A stretch of DNA of 64,000 nt from the human T2T-CHM13v2.0 reference genome, Homo sapiens. The notes under the pieces are model-generated. The model was not told the origin of the DNA. It saw only the letters and a program-made list of their open reading frames with translations, and ran no database searches. Positions 27,931-41,811 of the stretch are shown here, in pieces. The position numbers and the translations under genes are program-made. Numbering within the stretch: position 1 is the first letter of the stretch; every line of letters begins with the position of its first letter. Where the stretch lies: NCBI RefSeq assembly GCF_009914755.1, contig NC_060933.1. One strand, 5' to 3'.

Positions 27931-28265
27931 ATATTTTCTTTATCCATTTATCTGCTGATAAACACTTAGGTTTATTCCATATCTTGGGTAAGGTGAATAC
28001 TGCTGCAATAAACATACAAGTACAGTACTGGTTTCTTTTCCTTTGGATAAATACCCAGTGGGATTGCTGGATTGTATGGTAGCTCTATTTTTAGTTTTTC
28101 AAGCAATCGCTATACTGTTTTCTGCAGTGGCTGTACTAACATACATTCCCACCAACAGTGTGTAGTTCCCTTTTCTCCACATTCTTGCCAGCATGTTATT
28201 TTTTGTCTTTTTAATAATAACCATTGTGGCTGGCCCAAGACAATATCTCATTGTGGTTTTGATTC
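27380..28265 (-). mobile_element. L1MA 3' fragment (ORF2 C-terminus relic plus 3'UTR)
   Basis: Minus ORF MFIAAVFTLPKIWNKPKCLSADKWIKK...KKNEILSFAAIWMQLE..LSEISQAQKD matches the L1 ORF2 C-terminal region. Confidence 0.92.
27871..27926. repeat. (TG)n microsatellite, about 28 units, inside the L1MA
   Basis: Seen directly. Confidence 0.97.
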
Positions 28266-28303
28266 ATTTGCATTTATTTTATAAATCTTTGGCTATAGTT
28301 TAG

Positions 28304-28628
<325 letters not shown>

Positions 28629-31600
28629 TAATATTTTAAGTTGCCTTGATTTAGTCATGATTCTTGCAAACAGCATTTAGTTGGACCGTGCATGAGAAGC
28701 CTTGCCTTTTAGTAGGGGAATATACCACTTTCATATTTGTTTCACCTTATGCCATAGATTGAATTCTATTTCTTTCTTTTTTTCATGCTTTTGCATCTTT
28801 CCTTGTTTTCTTCTTTGGCTTACCGTAAACTGCAGTGTCTTTCTACTTGGTTACTGGCAAATCCCCATCTCAGGTCTGCAGATGGAAGGCATGTTGCTGT
28901 GCAGAGCTCCCAAGTCCATTTCCATCACACCTGAGGCTCATCAATTGAGAGACAACGTTGATGGTACTACCGTGAGGGTAGCCTAGTGCAGCCCACGGGT
29001 TCCACTAGCAGAGGTGTTCCAGGGTCATTAAGGATGGCCTCTTTTCTCGAATAAGGATGATCATGAGAGCTGCTGTGCATTGTTTGCTTTCTCTGTGCCT
29101 AGCACTTTGCTAGGCATTTGAATGCATCATTTCACTGAATGCGCACAATAGCCCAGTGAATAAGCAGGCAGTGAGAGGTTGCCTAAGGTCACATAACTGG
29201 AAAGTAACAGAGCCAGGACTGGGCCCAGATGGCCTGGCTATAAGCCCTAAGCTCTTGACACTGCCCTCTCCTGATTCCCCACCCTATTCAGGTTATTATT
29301 TTCCTACACACCCTTGTGGTTACCACCTGTGTCCTCTGGCTATTTATGACTTGTGGGTGGCCCCCATCAGGCACTGTGTGAAGGGTATAAATTATTGCTC
29401 CTGTTTCTTGTGACATTCCCTATTGTGGGACCACAAAGCAGTGCAGTCTTGGGCTTCCAAGGGCATTGGTCAGCCTGTGCCAGCCTTCAGGCCTCTTGCC
29501 CCTCAGAGTTTCTAGACAGATGCAGCCCCCCATGTCCTTGATCACCTCATCTCAGCTGCTGCTTCCTGGCAGGTGCTTCCCAAGAGGCTCCATGGAGGCC
29601 TCCATCCTCCTGCATTCTTCCTGCTTCTGACTCTAAGCGAGTCCAGCTGAACTGCTGTGGTCTTATCCCTTCAGCCTTATGATTATTTTCCTCTCCCTTT
29701 AAACCAGGTGGACTACATTTCTTACGTTGCATCTGACATATACAAGTCAGAGGGAGAGAAGAGGAGGTGACTGCCACCTGCTCTCTGTTCTTGGGATAGT
29801 GTATGAGGGTTTACCATGGGGTGCCGTAGTTTGCTTAAAAAAGAATGAAGCAAGACCTCCTGAGGCAGCTGGGAGTTCCACCTGCATGCATGTCTGGTTG
29901 CCTTGGACATACCCTACCCAAATCCAGGTTGTGTATTCTTCTCAAAAATGCAACCTGTCCCAGGGACAGATTTGTTTATTTAAAGAGGAATAGTTATATA
30001 ATTCCTGGAAAGTACAACATAGGAAAAAATATCTGAAACCATTTGTTTTTTCTCTGGCAAAGTCCTCACTATAGGTCTTTTCCCCCTTGGGGTGAGAGGA
30101 GGCTGTTTTTCTGGGAGGAACTGTAGGTCAGTCCCTGATACTTCAAGCTGCTTTGTTACTTCTGTTGCTTGAGACCGTGAATGCTGCTTCAGCAGTTATT
30201 TGTCTCTAATAGCAATTATGGGCTTTATTTTTGTAACAATTCTTTTAACCCTCTGTGGAAGATTCTATATGCTAACTGGTCTCCTGTGACTATTCACATA
30301 TGTGTCTCTTTGTTCCATGTAAAGATGCCTTTATGTAGTACTAGCCTTTGTTACTAACCACATGGGTGTGATTCTGACTCCTTTTAATGCAAATTGTAGA
30401 GCCAGTTGGCTGTACTTTGGTGTAGTGAGTTCCTGATGAAACATAATTTTAAAAATACTGAGGGAAAAATGTATTACATTTATAAAATAAGACTCTTTGA
30501 ATCAAAAAGTTTCTTGCAGATTACTTCAAAGTGTGAAAACAGTGTTGAGAAATAGTTCAATTATTTGCAGCTGATTTTATCTGATAGCAGCTCCTTGCAA
30601 ATACCCGGTTAGATTGGAATGATAACAAAAGCAAGCAAAGAGCTTTGAAGAATGTCTACATCATTTGCTTATAAATAGCTGTATTGATTTAGGGGGTGTT
30701 TTGTTCTTACTACTTATTTCCTTCAGGAAATAACTAAATTAGAAATGTGATGGATCTTAAATGGTTTAGAGCTGATTCTAAAAGTAACCATAGCAGTGTG
30801 GAAAATTATGATCTCTCAAGGAACAAAAATTAGGTATTCTAACACTTCTGGATAGTAAGAAAACATTTGGAGACATTCTTAGTAAATTTACCCAGACTTC
30901 TAACATGTGAAGTAAATTTCTAGAACGTAAGTTATTCCTTCAAACAAGCAAACCTTTCCATTTTTCAAAAAGTAAGACTTTATTTGCAAATATAAATTCT
31001 AAAGTTTAAAATCAAGACAAATTTTTCCAAATATAAAATCAACAGGGCTAAACTGTTGGATATCTAAAAGGGCTTTCAAAAAGAAGTGATCATTGGTCAA
31101 AAAAAGTGTTTACTCTGATGCCCCAAAGCCTCCCAGTCAGACACCACCCCTGCCCTCATGGAGCTCACAGTCCAGTTGTGATCACCAGCACTGGACAAGA
31201 AACTGCAAGTGAGCTGAGCATTTTGAAGGAAAAGGCAAAGGAGCAAACCAAGGGGGCCCCAGCTAGTCTGGGGGAACCAGGAAGGGCTTTCTGGAGGGAA
31301 GTAGAGTCCTGAAGGATGAATAAGCTGGGTGAAGAGGTGGGAAGTGAGCATTTTACACGAAGATGACAGCTTGTGCAAGAACCCTAAAGTGAGGAAAAAC
31401 ATGTTTGTTAGAAAAACTGGCCGGAGAGTAGTGAATGAGGGGGAAGGTGTCATGTGGAGCAGCTGCAGTGGAAGGGAGGGGAAGATTGCTTAGGGCCTAG
31501 ACATGGGAGTCAGGAGGGAGTGGGGAGCCCAGGCTCTGACCAACCTAGAAGCAGGAGGGAGCCATGAAAGGGTTTTAAGCAAGGGCATGCTGGGTTGGAT

Positions 31601-33816
31601 TTGCATTGAACACACCTCACCTTGGCTGCAGCAAGTGGCTTTGAGGAGGTCAGGCTGGAGGAGTGAAGGCCAGTTAGGGGATCCTGTAGAAGCCTGTGAT
31701 GAGTCACTGTATTTCAGAAATTTCCAGGGAGGGGGAAGGCTCTTTAAAAGCAGTTCATTTTAGAGCAAAGCCTTGGAGAGACCTAAAACAGTTGTCAGAG
31801 AGTATATCCCTTATACCTGATGAAGACACATAGCATGTCCTTGTACTCTGGTTTTGAGAATCCATTTGTGCGTTTCAGCTGTGGGACCCCTTAAAGCAGA
31901 GAGGAAAGAGCAAGCAAGGGTGGGATCAAGCCAAGGATGCGGCAGAGCTGCTGCTTCCCTGAACAGGGATATGAGTGGTGGCCGTTGCCCCCTTGATGGG
32001 GGCCACCACCCTAGGACCAAGGTGCAGTAGTTCCCTTGTCAGGATTAGCAATAATGTTAACTGGCTGTCCCTAGGTTGGCCAGCTTTTAATGCCCAACTG
32101 AAAAAATTCCATTCCACATGCAGGAAATCCAGCCTTTTTTTCATTTCCCCTCCCCACGTTTCCAAGGTTCCCCAAGGAGCACTCATTTGTTCCACAGATC
32201 CATCCTGGTTGTTGCTTGGTGCCTCAGCCAGCTGCCTGGCCCCAGACTTCTGAGCCCTCCCGCTGGTCCCCTCCTGCATTTCCCAGTTGGACCTGTGTGG
32301 AACCAGGCTGCTTCCTTAGCTGGAAAAGGAGGTATCTGTCAGTCCACAAAGCAAAGCTTAAGGCTGGATTCTGGTCTGCCTGCCCATGGAGCAATAGACC
32401 TTGTTCCTTTTTCTATTCTGCCCTGATGGCCACATGCTACAGGGGCCAACTTGCTGCCCTCCCCACCCCCAGCCCAGGAAGCCTTTGAACAAATCTCCCC
32501 TTCCCTAAATCTAGGCATTCAACCCTCTCTGGGATCCAGCAAGCAAGGAAAAGCTTCCCTCGACCCCAGGCTCAAACATACTTCCCAGTCAACAGAATGA
32601 TCTCAAAGACGCTATCCCATCCAAAATGAAGGAAACTATTTCCATGATTTTGAAGAGTGGTTAGCTACATTTTGTTTCAAATCTCTCCCTTCCAGAAGGG
32701 AAGAGATTGCCTTTACTTTTGCAATCTCCGGATTTGTTACCTTAAAATTCACATTTTTTCTGGGACTCTGTAGTCTTTCTCATTTGTTACAAAAGGCCAG
32801 TGGATGTTATTAAAACCCATTTTATGAATGAAGAAAAAAAACATAGCTTGACTCATGACTTACCCAACATCATATCCCAGGCGGATACCAAGTTTAACTC
32901 AAGATCTCATGCTTACTGCTGAGGTTCCACCCAGCCTTAACTTACGCATCCTCCTTTTAATATCTCCGTCTCCATGGAAATAAACAGTAGAAGGAAAACA
33001 TGTGGGGGCCAAGAAAGGAGCACTAGGTGGAAAGTCTTGTTTTCCGAATGCTTTGCTGCCCAGAGCGGGAGAACCTTGTCCCATTTGTCCCTTCTGGGGC
33101 AAAGGGAGGATCTGCAGTCAGCTTTTCTCTGGGTCAAGAAGTTGTGTCTGACCCTGCAAAACGAGGTATGAGCATAAGCCCATTTTGTGCAAGAAAAAGT
33201 GTTTTCATGGTAGGAATCTTTATACTCATTAGGATGACTATTCCTCTTTGACTTCCTTTAGTTTTTTGGATTTCGAATTAGAAACTAACACTAATTACAA
33301 AAACTCATGTTTACTGTTTTACTATGTGATTGCACTGCATTATCTCATTTAATCCTCTCAACACTCCTTCCTCTGAGGGAGGCATTATTTTTGTCTTATT
33401 TGCTAGCTGCAAAATATGAACAAGATTCACATTAAAGTTTACACACTAGTAAATGGTGAGATCAGTGCTTGTATCCAGGTCTGACTCCAGTGCCCCAACC
33501 ACTAACCTCAAAATATGCCATGTGTTCACCAGAACAGGCCTTTAACCTCTGGGTAAAACCACACCTGAGAAGGAAAGTACTTCTAGGGACTCTTCCTGTG
33601 TGGAACAAGGAGACTTCCTGGTGGGAGGTCCTGGAGAAGCACATTGACTCATGGGTGGGGACAGAGTGGATTGAGTGGACACTGGTCTTCTACTGACGCA
33701 TTCTTATTGTCCTCTTGTACCTGGGCTGGCCCTAATAAAGAAAAGGATTGGGACAAAGGAAAGACTGGGGAGCTTCTGCATCCTCAAGACCAACCTGGAG
33801 CCATTGGGATGTTTCA

Positions 33817-34341
33817 TGTAGTAGACAGCTCTTCAGATGGCCCCCGATGATTTCTGTTCCCTAGTATTTGTATCCTTGTATAATCTCTTCCCCTTGAGTG
33901 TAGGCAGAACATAGTGATTTGCTTCTAACAAATATGACAGAAATAATGGGATGTCCCTTCCAAGATTAGATCATTAAAGACTATCCCTTTATGTTGAGTG
34001 CTTGCCCTTTCTACTCTCTTTTGGATCATTCATCCTGGAGGAATCCAGCTGCTCTGTGTTTGGCAGTCGTGTGAAGAGGCCCGTGTGGCACGGGATTGAG
34101 ACCTGCCAACAACCATGTGAGGGAGTTTGGAAGAAGATTCTGCTAAAAAGGCGAGCCTTCAGATGAGACTGCAGCCCCAGCCAATAGCTTGACTGAAGTC
34201 TCATCACAGACCTTAAACCAGAGACACCCAGCTAAGACATGCCCAAATTCCCAATCCACAGAAACTGCAAGACAATAAATGTTTATTGTAAGATGCTAAG
34301 TTTCAGAATAATTTGTCACACAGCAATGGATAACGAGCACA
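33817..34341 (+). mobile_element. MLT1 (ERVL-MaLR) solo LTR
   Basis: TG...CA ends, near-matching 5-bp flanks tttca/ttgca, AATAAA near 34274, 3' text ctaagtttcagaataatttgtcacacagcaatggataac. Confidence 0.85.
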
Positions 34342-35188
34342 TTGCACAACCTTTATCACTACTCCACATTTATTACTTTGTTGACCAATCTGTACTGGGA
34401 CAAAATCAACTGTAAAACTCAACACATAAAGGACTACAACACTGGCCTCTAGGGCAACAGGACGTGCTGGACTCCTCTCGAAAGCTAGTTTTGAGGTGGG
34501 GGGATTCGATAGGCTAGAGAAAGTGGTTGCTGCTTTGAGAGGTGATGAGTTCTTGCAGTTCTATGAGAAAGATGGGTGCCTGGGGATGACTGATTAGGGT
34601 CTGAGAGGGCCTGGAATGTTACCCTTAGGAAGCCTGTTGTTCCCTGATGGAGTATACAGTGGGCTCCTGAGTACTCAAGGGAAACAAAGATATATCCTTT
34701 TTTGTGACCATCCAGAAAGGCATTTGGTGCCCACTCATTCTTTTAAAAACTTAAATATTACAAAAGTAACACATTGCTTGTTGTAAAAATTATTCACACT
34801 GAAAAGAAGTTTATAAAGTAAAAAGTGAATGTGCCATTCTTCTTCTCCCACTTTCCAGAGGCAGCCAGTGTTTGCAGTGGGTATGTGTTCTTCCAGACAT
34901 TCTTATCCACAAATACAAAAGGACATGCCTGTGGAGGGGCACATATGATATTGTGCTTTTTAACCAAAGTGGGAACATTTTATATGTGTTGTTTTGCACA
35001 TATAAACTATCATAGATATTGTACAGTGGCAGCAAATCTAGAACTCCCCTGTTCTTTCTGGTAGCTCTTTGACACCCACAGATGTATGGGCAACGTGTTG
35101 GATATCGCCTGGATGAGTGCTGATTTGTCTAGCTGTGTCCCAACTGATAAATATTTAGACTGTTTCTAGTTTTTCCCTTTTACATATA

Positions 35189-35407
35189 CAAGTTGAATAT
35201 CCCTAATCTGAAAATCCAAAATCTAAAACATTTTGAGAGTCAACATGATGCTCAAAGAAAAGCCTCACTGGAATATTGTGGATTTCAGATTTTCAGATTA
35301 GGTTTGCTCAACAGGTAAGTATAATGCAGATATTCCAAAATCTGAAAAAGTCTGAAATCTGGAACATTTCTGGTCCCAAGCATTTTGGATAAGGGATGCT
35401 CAGCCTG
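35189..35407 (+). mobile_element. Tigger4/MER46-type TcMar MITE within an L1ME fragment
   Basis: TA flanks; TIRs caagttgaatatccctaatctgaaa / ttttggataagggatgctcagcctg. Confidence 0.88.
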
Positions 35408-38346
35408 TAGTGCAGTGGGGAGCATCCTTATCTGTGTGTCTTTATCCTCCTGTTAAAGTACTTCTGAAACACTGAGTGCTGGAAGTGGAATTGCTGGGGC
35501 AAAAACTCTTTGCAACTTTACAGTGCCTACTGCTGGAATGCCCTCTGAAATGCTTGCAGTTATATTTCTGCAAACAGGATATGAGTATGCCTATTTTTTC
35601 CACTCTTACCAACACTAGATATTATCCACCGTGTTTTATTTATGCTAAAATGATAGGCACAAAATGGCATTTTTTTTTTAAATATACATTTCTCTGCCCA
35701 CCAATTCTCTTGGGCTCTAAGATAGGTAGCCAGGCCTTCAGGCCTCCTACCCAACTGATCAGCCACCCTCTGCCCTTGCCTCTGCTTCCTGAATATCTAT
35801 CCTTATTCCATCTCCCTGTGTTCCTACCACAGGCCTGCACTGCCCTGATTGATGAGGAAAGGCTGCCTTGCTGTTGGGTTCCTGTGGAGAGGAGGCTGAC
35901 CTAAATCCATGCCCTGCACACTTGCCTGGGCATTAGTCAACCTTCCAGGCTTGGAGAAGGCTGTGTGCTTCTTTTAATCGTTTTCCCTTGTTGAGATGAC
36001 GAGGGCGTAGGCCTCTGTCATCACATGGCCCCAGAAGGGAATTCTAATTCCACTCCCTCCACATTAACTATCCTTCTAGGCTCTGGGCCATTCCCAGCTC
36101 TGTTGAGGCTCAGGGCAAATGTGGCCTGTCTTTCCTCCTCCAAGGAGCCCTCTCCTGGTACTGTGAGCCCTTCAGCTTCAGGATGTGCTGCAGCAGTGGG
36201 GAGGGAACATTCCTTGACCAGCCCTTGGAGCTGGATTTATTAATATCATGACCATCAGCAAGCACAGCATGGGACAGGCAGATGGCCCACCCACCTAGGA
36301 GGTGCCGCATGTGGCAGCGCTGTGGGAATGCCACGCAGATGGGAGAGATTGTCTGCGTCTGGGCTCCCAGTGTGGGCTGAGCTGGCCCAGGATGGCCATT
36401 CAGGAGAGACACGGATATTTGAATGTCTCAGGGATGGCTGGTATTGAAACATCATGTCCACAGAGGCAGAATCCCAGACTAGGGCTGGTTCAGGCCTGAC
36501 TCTGAGGTTTGAGAGAGACCTGTAAGCAAGTGCCAGGCCTGGAAGCATGGATATGGGAGGTGAGCCACCACTACTGGAACCCAGTTACCAGATAATGAGG
36601 ACCAAGGCTTGAACCAGGTAGATTTGGTCATCTGGTGACTGCCAGAGCATCCACAAGTAGGATGTTCGGAGTAGCAAAGCAGGGGGGCTGATGAGTCTGT
36701 AAACTGTAGGACAGTTGGCAAGAAGAGGAGCTGCAGCCTGGCAAAGGATTGGTAGCCCAGGGAGCTGTGGAACATTCTCCAGCACTGCCCCTTGTTACTC
36801 CGTGTCCATTGTTTGAGATAAATTAGGCAGACAGCTATGGACTGGCTTCCTGACATCTAGGGACCTTCTGGTATCAAGCTGCTGCTGCTGCTGCATAGGC
36901 AGGCTGGCTGGCTACCTGACATATCCACTCCTGCTGTGGGCAGGAGGCTCCATATCACCGTGATTCTCAGATGTATTACTGAGTGATATGGGGTGACATA
37001 GGAGCTGTAGTGTGATCTCACTTCCTCCCTGGGTATAGTGATCGATGCTGTAGAGGCAGGAGCTCAGGAATCAGACTGACTCGAGTTCACGTTCTGAGTG
37101 TCAGGCTGCATGCACTTGGGCAGCTCACTTACCTCTTTGATGTAAGTTTTCTGTTACGTTGAAGAGAGAGTAATTATAGAATCCACCTCGTAGAGTTGTT
37201 GTGAGAATTTAAAGAGCCATGCATACTGCCTGGCACATGGAAAGCACCCTATAGATGATGGCTAGTATTAGTGCTATCCACATGAAAATACAGCTAAGAA
37301 GACCCTATCAGTGAGAACCCTGTTGCCCCCTGTATCCCTATTGAGAAACACAGCATACCCAGGAAGGGCAGCGTACCCAGGAAGAGGCCCATCTGGGCAC
37401 AGCCAGGTGTCATGTTAGTTAGCCACCTGGGCTTAGAAGGGTTGGATGTGATTTCCGGGATAGTGCAGGGGTCAGCAGCAGGAAGGGCTGGGGAATAGGA
37501 TCCCATCTGATGAGTAATGTCTGGCTGGCAAAATATGGTCCTGGAGAGGATGGGGACCAATAACATCTGGAGTGTAGTCTAGACACCTTTTTGGATAGAC
37601 ACCCAGCCTGTGACCCCTCCTTCTCTGGGAACCTACTTCCGCTGCTTCTCCCTTGGCACTGCACGCCAGCAGCAGTGTTCCTTCCACCTAGCTCTGCTCC
37701 ACGGGCAGAGCCCATAGAGTTGGGGTGGATACCCAGCCTGAACTGGGCCAGTTGGATCCTCTATCTGGGAGCCAGCATTGGAACATAGATATGCTGGCAC
37801 TCAGATCAGGAGGACGTGAACTGAAAAATGCCATCTGGTGCCATGTGCCAGGACAACTGCAGAGAATAGTCCACAGATGGATGCTTGATGAGAAGCAGAG
37901 AAAGAGACCCTGCAGGAAAGGGAAAAGGAAAGAGCAAGGGAGAGGGGCTGAGAAAGTTGCTGCCTTGCATCTTGAAGGCTTTCCAGGCAATTTCTGGTTC
38001 CTGGCCCTTGTGAGGCCCAGCTGTGTCCCTGCCCATGGACTTGGGGAGATACCTCGTGTCCTTATGTAACCAGCTTATTAAATGAGCTGGACTCAATCAG
38101 GTGTAAGAAGAAACCAAACTCATTTTTTCCCCAGTGTCCTTTTGAGCCTACTCTGTGGACTTTTCTTTTCCCAGTCAAAGCTGAGAACTTAGCAGGTCCT
38201 TTGGTCTTTGAGGTGCTAGGCATGAAGCAGCCCAATCCATTCTAACACTTCCTCATTCCAGACAGTCCAGTGTAGTAATTGCAAGTCTGGACTCCTAAAG
38301 CTGACCAGCTGTGGAGGTCTGGAGTGGGGGAAGACAGATGGTCAGC

Positions 38347-38664
38347 TTGTTTGTTTGTTTGTTTGTTTTGAGACAGGGTCTCATTTTTTTTTGCCCAGGC
38401 CTGGAGTGTGGTGGCATGATCTTGGCTCACTGCAGCCTCTGCCTCCTGGGCTGAAGTGAGCCTCCCATCTCAGCTTCCCGAGTAGCTAGGACCACAGGTA
38501 CATGCCATCTTGCCAAGCTAATTGTTTAATTAATTAATTAATTAATTTTGGTAGAGATGGGGTTCTCACCATGTTGCCTAGGCTGGTTTCAAACTCCTGG
38601 GCTTGAGCAGTCCTCCCACCTCGACCTCCCAAAGTTCTGGGAGGCGTGAGCCACAGCACCTGGC
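38347..38664 (-). mobile_element. AluJ with (TTAA)n linker and (TTTG)n tail
   Basis: Reverse dimeric Alu; linker ttaattaattaattaattaa. Confidence 0.92.
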
Positions 38665-40649
38665 TGACACGCAGTCCACTTCTTCGCTGGATCCCGGCCA
38701 GTCCCACTGCCTCCCCAACCTGTTCACTGAAGTTTCTGGCCCGTGGCAACAGGGGAGGAAGAAGGGAGAGAGAACGGCCCATCTTTCATAGCTGTTGGTA
38801 ACTCAGAGCTCGTGCTCCCTCCCTGGAGTAATGTATAGCTCCCTCCCTGGCTCCTGTACTTCCTGCCCTGCCCCTACCCCCACCATCCAGGCAGCCCTCT
38901 GGTCCTAGGAAGCCTGAATTTGTGCCTCGGTGGGCTGGCCTTGTGCTGTCAATGTGGGCCCCTCTTCCCACTGCTCTTTGTGCCCCTGGGCCTGAGTCAG
39001 ACAGGAGTGCTTATGCTGTCCCATGCCAGGCTGTGGGAATGGTCCCTTGAAGTCCCTCTCACTTGACTGAAGGTGGATGAAAACACCCCTCTTCCTTGTG
39101 GTAGTGGGGACACGTGAAGGACAGTTCATTCTCCCCTCTCCAGGACCTTCTTTCTATACTTCTCACACAGTGTCAGGGAAGCCATCAACTAATGCTGGAG
39201 AGCCAGTGCGGGGCCATGCCCTTTGCAGGGATGATCTTGCAGCTTTTATCTTGTCCTTAGCCTTTGAAGTCTCAGATAAAAGTGAGGCAGAAAGAGCGCC
39301 TTTTAGACATGTTGTTACACTTAAAAGCTTCCCTTTTTGGCTTAATCTAGTCATGTGGGTTTCTCTTACTATAACCAGAGTCTTGACAAGTCTGTGTGAA
39401 ACAGATGAGGGGGTCTTGGGAGATCAGAGAGGACACCTTGAACCTCCTAAGAGTGTCTGTGAACTGTGAGCATGGTACACTCCCATTACCATTGTTTTCA
39501 GTAATGTGAAGGTTTCTCTTTCAGTCTTGCTCAAATTGGCAAGATTACGGGGAGGGGGTCTTTTTCAGTGTCACTTGCTCAGAAAACATCACTGTCTTCT
39601 GGCCCTGTTCACACAAGCCCAGCAGGTGGGTGCCGCTTGTCACCCAAGAGACCAAGGTATTGGCTAAAACTGGGATGCAGGGGTTTGGCTGGGGCAGGAG
39701 AAAGTCTGGGCTTCATTGACTTCCTTCTGGGTCTGCAAATGCAGTGCAACCACCATGGCGAACTTAGTAATAGTAGGACTCCTGTGATTGTAGTCCTTAA
39801 AAGGTCACTGATGGGATAGGAGAGGATGGTCTGGTTGGCAAGACCCCAGGATGCTGACTGGCTGTCTTTGCTGGCAGGTAGAGCAGTTCACTGGGTACCC
39901 AGGCTAGGGTGCTTGGACAGAGCCCTCCTGCCCCATGCTCTTCTTCCATGCCACCAGCTTAGTGAACTGACCCCTACCTTTCATTTTCTCCACATCTCTG
40001 ATGAGCTTTTTCCTTCCTCTCCTTCTATATAGCCTGGGTGTGGTTTGATTAAGATTCAGTCTTGGGTATTGAGATGGGGTTTGGGAGAAATAGCTGGTAT
40101 CATGACCTGCTTTCATTTGAATCCTAACTAGTTTAGAAAAAGGATGGCTCTGCAGTGTCCAGCAATGGCTTTCCAGAGCTCTCTGTTTGGGGTTTTGGAG
40201 CCAAGACCAGTGACCAGTAAGGTTGGGCCTTGTTTTCCTTTGCTCTTGTTCCCTATGTCCCACACACTCCACTCCAGATGTGTGTGGAGGGGTGACTATA
40301 GTCTGGGCCAAGATTAAGATATTTTCCTCAAATAGCATTCAGATTCCACTGTGATCCCAACAACTGACTAGGGGCTTAGGAGAAGGGAGTTGAGAACTCT
40401 TAATTGATGCCTGACACCCAGCACCTTCTGGATTAATTGCTGCCGGGGTATTCTTACCAGCAGTCTGACTTCAAGCCTCATTTCCGCCTCTTTTGTAAAC
40501 TGAGAATAATGATCCCTCCTTCACAGAGCTTCTGTGAAGGTGACGTAAAATGCACACGCGCACACGGACACACACACACGCCTGTTTCTAATCACATGGT
40601 AGGCTTCAGTGCGTATCAGTGCATCTCTCTCTAACTGCAGCTTTACTAG

Positions 40650-41250
40650 AAAAAGCTATCATATGGTTATGCCACTTGGTCATTAGGTAGAAGGATTGCT
40701 GGGGCCCAGGGTATAAGTGCATTTACAATTTTGATATATACACTGGCAAGTTACTCTTCAACAATATGGAGTCAATTTATATGTCCATCCATAGTGCACA
40801 CATCTGTCCATTCCCTTGTCAACATGGAGATTGACATTTTTTTCATCTCTGCCAATCTGACAGGCCACACGTCATGGTTTATCCTTCACTTATAGCACCT
40901 CTCTGATTACTACTGAGGTTGACATCTTGTTTACTGGCCATTTGTGAGTCTTCTCATGTGTACATGTACTTTGCCAAGTTTTCTGTTACAGGATTTGCAT
41001 CTTTCTTAATTTGAAAGAGGTTTTAGCATAGCACGAATATTCTGTATTTGCTATATATGTTTCAAATATGTTTCTCTTGTTCAATATTTGCCTTTTAATC
41101 TTGGTCATGTTTTATTTTTTTGCTTTGTTTTTTGGAAAGCAGAAAATTTGAGTTCTGAAAAAAGTTGTATCTTTTAGTCTTTTCCTTTAGGTTTTGGGGT
41201 TTCCTGTCATGCCTAGAATCACTTCCCAACCCACAGATTTGTTTTACAAG
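40650..41250 (-). mobile_element. L1ME-type fragment
   Basis: Degenerate L1 text (ggattgctggg; tgccaatctgacagg; gtttactggccatttgtg). Confidence 0.6.
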
Positions 41251-41805
41251 GAGACAGTTCTAGCAGCTAGGGTGGAAATTGGACTGGAATGAGGGAGATG
41301 GAGACTCCTGGTCTGGAGCCTGGTGCAGTAGTTGAAGGGAGAGGAGATAAGATCCTACGCTAATGCAGGCAAGATGGCTTGGCGTGGAGGGATGGATTGT
41401 CCTTGGCAGGGGAAGGGAGAGGTCCTTGTTTTTGATCTGAGCAATTGAGTACCTGGTGCCATTTGGTGAAAAGGGACCAGACCTGGAAGAAAGGTACGTC
41501 AGGTGTTAAGTGCACTGCCCGTGAGGTGCTTGGAGGATATCTGGTGGAGACATCCAGGACACAGCTGGATGTGGGGAAGTGGAGCTCCAGAGAGCCATCT
41601 TGGCCTGAAGTACTACTGTGGTACTTCTGAGGGTATAGGTGGTAACCAGAGATAGGGTGGGTGTGATTTAAATGATTCTGGTGTGTGTCCTGGTGCCGAA
41701 TCTCTTCCTGGTTTTACTTAAAGAGGCTCTGATATGGGAGGCCCCAGGAAGGCATTCTAAAACAGTAACACAGAGTGTAGATACATCCAAATAGCACTGA
41801 TGGCT

Positions 41806-41811
41806 TTTATT
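41806..41811 (-). terminator. ANGPTL2: Distal polyadenylation signal AATAAA of ANGPTL2
   Basis: + strand tttatt; upstream TGTA elements and downstream GT/T-rich sequence (CTCTGTGTTACTGTTTT) on the minus strand. Confidence 0.8.

Noticed and set aside
27728-28082. ORFs with HTHT / CVCV repeats
   Set aside because: L1 ORF2 relic plus (TG)n microsatellite.
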